DNA of 64,000 nucleotides from Microbotryum violaceum (Eukaryota): NCBI GenBank assembly GCA_001244265.2, contig CDLV01000009.1, positions 1,054,001 to 1,118,000 of the forward strand, read 5' to 3'. Shown piece by piece: positions 58,747 to 64,000 of this stretch (position 1 is its first letter; each line of letters starts with the position of its first letter). The notes under the pieces were generated by a model. It saw only the letters and a program-made list of their open reading frames with translations, ran no database searches and was not told where the DNA came from. The position numbers and the translations under genes were made by a program.

Positions 58747-59862
58747 TCAGTCCGCTAACCGAGCAAGTGCCTCCCCTTCCAAGCGCATACCTTCCCATTC
58801 CTTCTTCTATAAAGCACGGGAAGCAGAGTTCAACAAGTCAGATCGGTTCATGAAAGCTCGAGTCGACGAGAGGAACTTGCGTGTTGCGCCCCCATCGCCT
58901 GGTACACTTTCTTCGCGGGCTCGTTCTAGTCTGTACGAGAGAAAGTAACGATTTTGGCTCAGTCGTAGAAAGATATCTCGTTTCTGCCAGGGAAGAGGAT
59001 CGTCACTACTGACCGAGCACGACCCTGGCGTATGAAAAAAAAAAAAAAAAAAAAAAAAAAGTCCGCGCCGCCCACGATTAGTATCCGACCAAATCTCCTC
59101 GCTGAAGTCCTTGCGCTCGCATGAAACTCACCAATCCATCCGAGCCAAATCCTTATCTTTGCAAATCTGTCCCAAATACTTGAAGAGCGCCTGGAGAGAG
59201 AAGACGTCAGCTATTCGCCTACCCCAATAACCCGCCATCATCGCCTGGGGGTGAACAGCGCATCCGAACTGACTTTTCCAACACCCTTGCCACGAGCTTC
59301 CTCGCGCACGAACAAGTCTTCGAGATCTGAACGATGAAGGAGCTTGGTAAGCGAGGTTTCTCATGAGTGAATTCAGGCCTTCGGATTCACTTACATAGGC
59401 CACCTTTACCCGTCCAAGTCTGCAGAACGCCGTCGTAAAAAAAAAGTGCCGCCCCACATGATCAACATCGATCGATCGTCGGCATCGTTGTTGTAGGAGT
59501 TCGGGAGAGAGGGACTTTTTCCTACAATCAGCCTCCATCCATCTCAACAGATCACCCATCTCCATGTTCGTTACAACCCCCAATCGACTCACGGAGAAGG
59601 TATAAAACCATACCGCCATACCCAACGGCTTCGAGTCCCCTTCCTCCTCCTCATAAACCAACACGCACTGCGCGTACTTGCCCCCCTTCCCTTCCTCTCC
59701 CTTCCCTTCCTCCCCGAACAAAGATCGACGCAAGAGGGGTAAAGTCGCTTCTACGGCATCGGGTTCCTTCTCGTACGTTGCGAGCGCTTGGATAAGTTCC
59801 AACATTTGGGGAAGGGTCGACGGCGAGTTCGAAGGGGTGACGAGGACGAAGTGGTAAGCCAT
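58747..59862 (-). CDS. GNAT diamine/polyamine N-acetyltransferase (SSAT/Ats1-like) carrying an in-frame TAG at a conserved Trp
   Basis: LIQALATYEK, GMAVWFYTFS|TWTGKGGLY|LEDLFVREEARGKGVGK|ALFKYLGQ...ARMDW|VVL|D*NEPAKKVYQAMGAQH|KKEWEGMRLEGEALARLAD*. Confidence 0.85.
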
Positions 59863-60227
59863 GTCAGGAGGCGCGGTGGGAAGTGTCTTGGATAGTTGAA
59901 AGAAAGGGTTATGTACAGGGGGAAACCCGCCGGGTTCTGTGCGCTGATGAAGAGAGCGAGCGCGAGAGGAAGGATCGAATCCTCCGGCGATCGTCTGGTA
60001 AATGAAGTTGACTTGAGCTTCTACGTCAGGACGGCAGGGTCGGAGCGAGCCGGAGCGAATTTCAGATGTTTCATTCTTTATCGTACGCAGTCCGTCCGTC
60101 TGAAGGTAAAAAGCATTCAATTCACAAAAAATGGTCTCATGAATGTCTACAGAACAATTCGTATTCAGAGTCTAAATGACAGGGAAGACCCCACTTGGGC
60201 CAAGCGGTCATTCTTCGGGGTCCGAGA

Positions 60228-62797
60228 TCACGTGTGGACGTACTTGCGGCTCATCGTCGGTTTCACGCCCCCTTTTTCATGACCGCTCAGTTCATCATCA
60301 GTTTCCAGAAAACACGTAGGGGTTAGTTTTCGAGCAAAAACTTACAGCCAAAGAGCACGAAAGGCATCCAAGCCAATCGAGCGAGTTTGAAGAAATGGAA
60401 AACCCTGCGTCCGTCATCCCCGGTCATCGCGTCAGTCCCATCGTCCCAACCACACATTTCGCGCCAGAACAGTACTTACACAAGCCAAATGAGCAGTTCG
60501 GCATAAGTGAAGAACGCCAAACCCGAAGTGCCGTGCTCGCCGAAGGCGGTGCGCTTGATCCAATTGATCACGTCGATCCAGGTCTTCATTGATTTGGGCA
60601 TCGGTCGAGTACGCTTGTCGAGTAGGAAGAGCATCAGAACGCGAGCGAATACGCCAATGTGGAAGGAGCCGACCGTGCCACTGCGAGCGGAGTCAAGAGC
60701 TCCGTAAGCCACGCTGTACGGTCAGCAGAGCAGGGTCGAGGTGCTTACATCGCGTCGAGATAGGCCGCGTTGGTCAGGAGAACACTGCAATCCTCGGTAG
60801 AAAACATTTGGATGTAAAGGTTCGGCGGCTGGTAGTCTCGGGCACCCTCGACACTATGACAGAACAATCGGTACATCGGGTCAGAGTCACGCTCCATTCA
60901 AATGTTCAAGGAAAACACATACGGGAACAAGTCCTTGGGAAGGAAGTCAATGCTCGGGCGTTCATCTGCAAAACTCGTGACGACCAGGTCAGCGCCGCCC
61001 CCCCACTCACACACGCAGGAAAGCATCAACACAACTCACATCCAGTCGCAAAGACAACGATGTCCGCAGTCACGACGGTATCAATGCCTTCTTCCCCAAT
61101 ATCCTGATCCCTCTCTCGCTCACTGAAGCGCACACCTTGCGCAGTGAATTCTTGCGTGTCGCCTCGCTTGTACGCGATCTTGCCTTCTCGAATGTGGTTC
61201 AAAAAGTCGTTGTTGACGATGGGGGTACTGTGAGCAACGAACCGTTTCAGCATCAAGCTAGTCGACGTCAAGGCTCGACGTAATACGGAGCTCACCCTTG
61301 AAAAATACCTTTCCTCTTTGGAGACAGGTTGGCCAGGTCTCGGTAGTGGAACGCGCGAATGAACCATTCAGGAATAAAAGACAGGGGCTGCGAGTCGGTC
61401 CAGTTTTCAGGGCGTGTGTGATCGATGATACACATAGGGACGACTCACCATCTCGCGACCGAAAGGCTGAAGGGAAAGGAGAACGTCGAACACGGTCGAT
61501 CGTGGAATGACCCACTTGTCCGTTCGGGCGAGCACGACGATTTCGGACGCCTTTTTGGACACGGCTAGCTCGGCGGCTTCCACGCCCGAGGCGCCTGAGC
61601 CGAGTACGACGACTTTCTTGCCCTTCAAATCACCTATCGAATCAAGTTGAGAAGAGTGCTGTGGAAGGAGAGGCGGAGCATGTGCCAAGTCAGCTTTACG
61701 GCTATTGACGCCGAGTGAAGCCGAACGATGTACTGCACTAACGAGAAGTCTACCCTGGAATTTGTCCTTGTGAGGGAAATCGATCCACTTGGGGGTTCCG
61801 CACGTGCCAACAGTCGCAATAACAGCATCGAAAACACCGTCTTCTCCATTGTTGACAATCCAGCGTGCATGACCACCCTTGTTAGGGTCCGTGGAGGAGC
61901 CTTTGTCACGGACGATTTTGGTAACACGGGTCGAGAGCCTCGTTCGGGGCCCAAGGTGGTATCTTTCGAACACGGTTTGAATCTTGGACACGATCTCGGG
62001 CTGTTGAGGGAAACCACATGACCAACGAACGGAAGGGTGGAACCGGTAGAGGAGCGAATTGAGTTGCAGCGACGAGGTTGAATTGACATTGGCCCAGATG
62101 CCACCGATTTTCTAGAGCAAAGGTGAACGAATTTGCGGTCAGCATCCATACACTCTGGGGAGAAGCACTCATAATTTTCTCATTTCGCTCAAGATTCGAC
62201 TCACATCATCGGCCTCGTAAATGACGACGTCGAAACCGTGCGCTACGAGATGGGCCGCCGAGGAAATTCCGCTCAGTCCAGCGCCGATGATCGCAACTCG
62301 GCCGAACGGCTCGACTCCATCGGGAAGAGGGCGGTACTGGGGGTTGGAAATACAGATGCAGGCATTAGTTTAGGGTTCTTCGTTGACGTGTTGCGGCGAC
62401 CATTCGTTTTGACTGCTGTGCCATCGGTTCGGGCTCCCGAGTATATCGACGGGTTCGTGCGCGGGCTCCGAGATCCCGAATCGGCGCTGCACGGGCAGTA
62501 GTAGTGTGTACTCACAGGCGCAGTAAAGAGAAGATCCACACCAGCCTGATAGATTTGATACCCGACATTGCAAAGTGCATAAAACAGATTGAGGAATGCA
62601 TTGAACCAAGTCCAAGGGCTGATCAGATGCACGACGTTCAGAACCGCTTGACGCGAGGCGTTCCATGATGACGAGGTCGCCGAGGTTGAGGACGAACGAC
62701 GGCCACGACGGGTCCGAGTCGGCTTACGTAGGTCTTCTACAACCGTATCGGATGAGGCGGAGCTGAGAGGTGGGGAGTTGTCCGATGAGGTGGCCAT
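60228..62797 (-). CDS. Flavin-containing monooxygenase (class B FMO-like), multi-exon
   Basis: RVAIIGAGLSGISSAAHL...VVIYEA, GGIWANVN, FDAVIATVGTCG, HSSQLD, KKVVVLGSGASGVEA, ADIVVFATG. Last exon approximate. Confidence 0.87.
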
Positions 62798-63321
62798 TAT
62801 GATCGCTGTGTTTTGGATGTGCAGAGGCGGACATGGCGCGAGGCGGATGGACGCAATTTCACGCCGGGCCGCGCCGGAATCTGCGACGCCCGGAGTGACG
62901 TATTCACGGCCTGGGTCGGGGTCGACCACGTTCCCGAGTCCGAGCCCGCCGAAAGCCGAGCCCTCGCGCCTGGATGCAGACCTTTCATCAGCCATCGAGA
63001 CGAGAGAGTTGTATAAGATTTGTTTTGGTGGATGTATCGAGATCTAGATCCTCAGGTATCATAATGGAGGCGTATACAGGGGAAGAGACTAAATCCGACT
63101 CGCTGGGCGAAGAGCTGGCGTCTAGTACTACTACACGAGCTTACCCCTGATGAGACAACAGTTCATTTGCATGGCATGATGAACAAAGAAAAGGAAAAAC
63201 AAGCTGAAGAGGAAACGCGACTCAAGCCAAGACACCCAATCGGTTGAGCACAGCAGCCATGCCCATCGTACTCATTCCAGCGAACCACTGAGGAGGAAAA
63301 TAATTTTCGTCGGCGCCAATA

Positions 63322-64000
63322 TCAAGTCAGGTGCCCCTGACACCTGGCGATCCTAAAAGCACTGACCTTGACAGTGTTGACCATGGCGTTGATGGGAGGG
63401 ACAATCAACAAGAGACCCGAGGATCCAGGGTCGGTCGGGATGTTGTCTATGTAGCAAGCAGATGGGGCTGGGCAATCAGTTCCGAGGCCAGAGTGGACCT
63501 CAGAGGAGCCTGCTTGGTACCCTGCAAGTCTCACCTTCTTGCTTGGTGATGTACCAGAGGTTATCGGCACCTTTCCTCAGATCCACTCGGACAAGGAAGC
63601 GCACGTGAAAGACCTGTCGAAGTGCTTCTAATGAGTGGCTTGACGCCCGAGAAACTCGCGCACTGGCAGCTCGAACACACCGGATTACGCGCTTCCGGAA
63701 CCGGTAGGAAGCGGAGCTGCAAGTGTTCGGTGAGATCTAAGGAAGGTGATGTATAATTTAAGCTGGGTGGTAAGGGTTCTATGTGTGCTCCACACGTGGG
63801 TCCGAACTCACCAATCAAGCAAGCCCGAGTTTCGCCTCCCTTGCTCTTCGTGACGTCTTCGAAGGCGACGGCGTGGTACTCGATCTTGTTGTTGAGGGTC
63901 AAGGCTCGGAGCATTCGATAGGCAGCTTTGACGCCGTGTTTGCCCTGGGCGCGCGGTGAGTTGAGCATGGGATGCACGATCACTGTTGGGGCCACGGGGA
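63322..64000 (-). CDS. 3' part of an unidentified gene or relic running off the window edge
   Basis: Open frame 63561-64000 and adjoining ORF 63322-63570. No recognisable domain. Confidence 0.3.

Noticed and set aside
59035-59060. A26 run as the poly(A) tail of a retroposed insertion
   Set aside because: No TSD or element body; it lies within an intron just before the acceptor on the opposite strand.
33270-62797. Secondary-metabolite cluster from P450, FMO, hydrolase and GNAT
   Set aside because: No backbone enzyme (PKS, NRPS, terpene synthase) or transporter, and the genes are interspersed with housekeeping genes.

Overview
Intron-rich, GC-rich fungal genomic DNA. Gene style and proteins suggest a basidiomycete, probably a Microbotryomycetes-type yeast; the taxon is an inference. 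About 22 spliced protein-coding genes or gene fragments are present: acyl-CoA ligase, enoyl/methylglutaconyl-CoA hydratase, Yippee, rhomboid protease, Mpe1, acyl-CoA thioesterase II, Bck1-like MAPKKK, alpha/beta-hydrolase, NDUFA13, RBM42-like RRM protein, a CYP7/8-like P450, Pho85, a truncated DUF4202 gene, a PriA/Cpl1-like secreted protein, Fhit/Hnt2, two related secreted proteins, Rna14, Spf27, an SSAT-like GNAT, an FMO-like monooxygenase and some hypotheticals. Three accessory islands interrupt them: a decayed Ty3/gypsy pol with a nested insertion and a fold-back repeat (6-9.4 kb), a ~2 kb long-TIR element (26.8-28.8 kb), and a frameshifted gag-like relic with an inverted duplication (36.3-38.2 kb). 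Most notable: (1) two neighbouring secreted-protein genes share a CX3C-Xn-CX3C-x-A-xxx-G-xxx-A module with an intron at the identical position and phase; (2) the otherwise intact SSAT-like gene has TAG at a conserved Trp codon; (3) a perfect 48-bp inverted repeat lies next to a DUF4202 gene that stops after exon 1. Gene models were spliced by eye, and no database searches were run.
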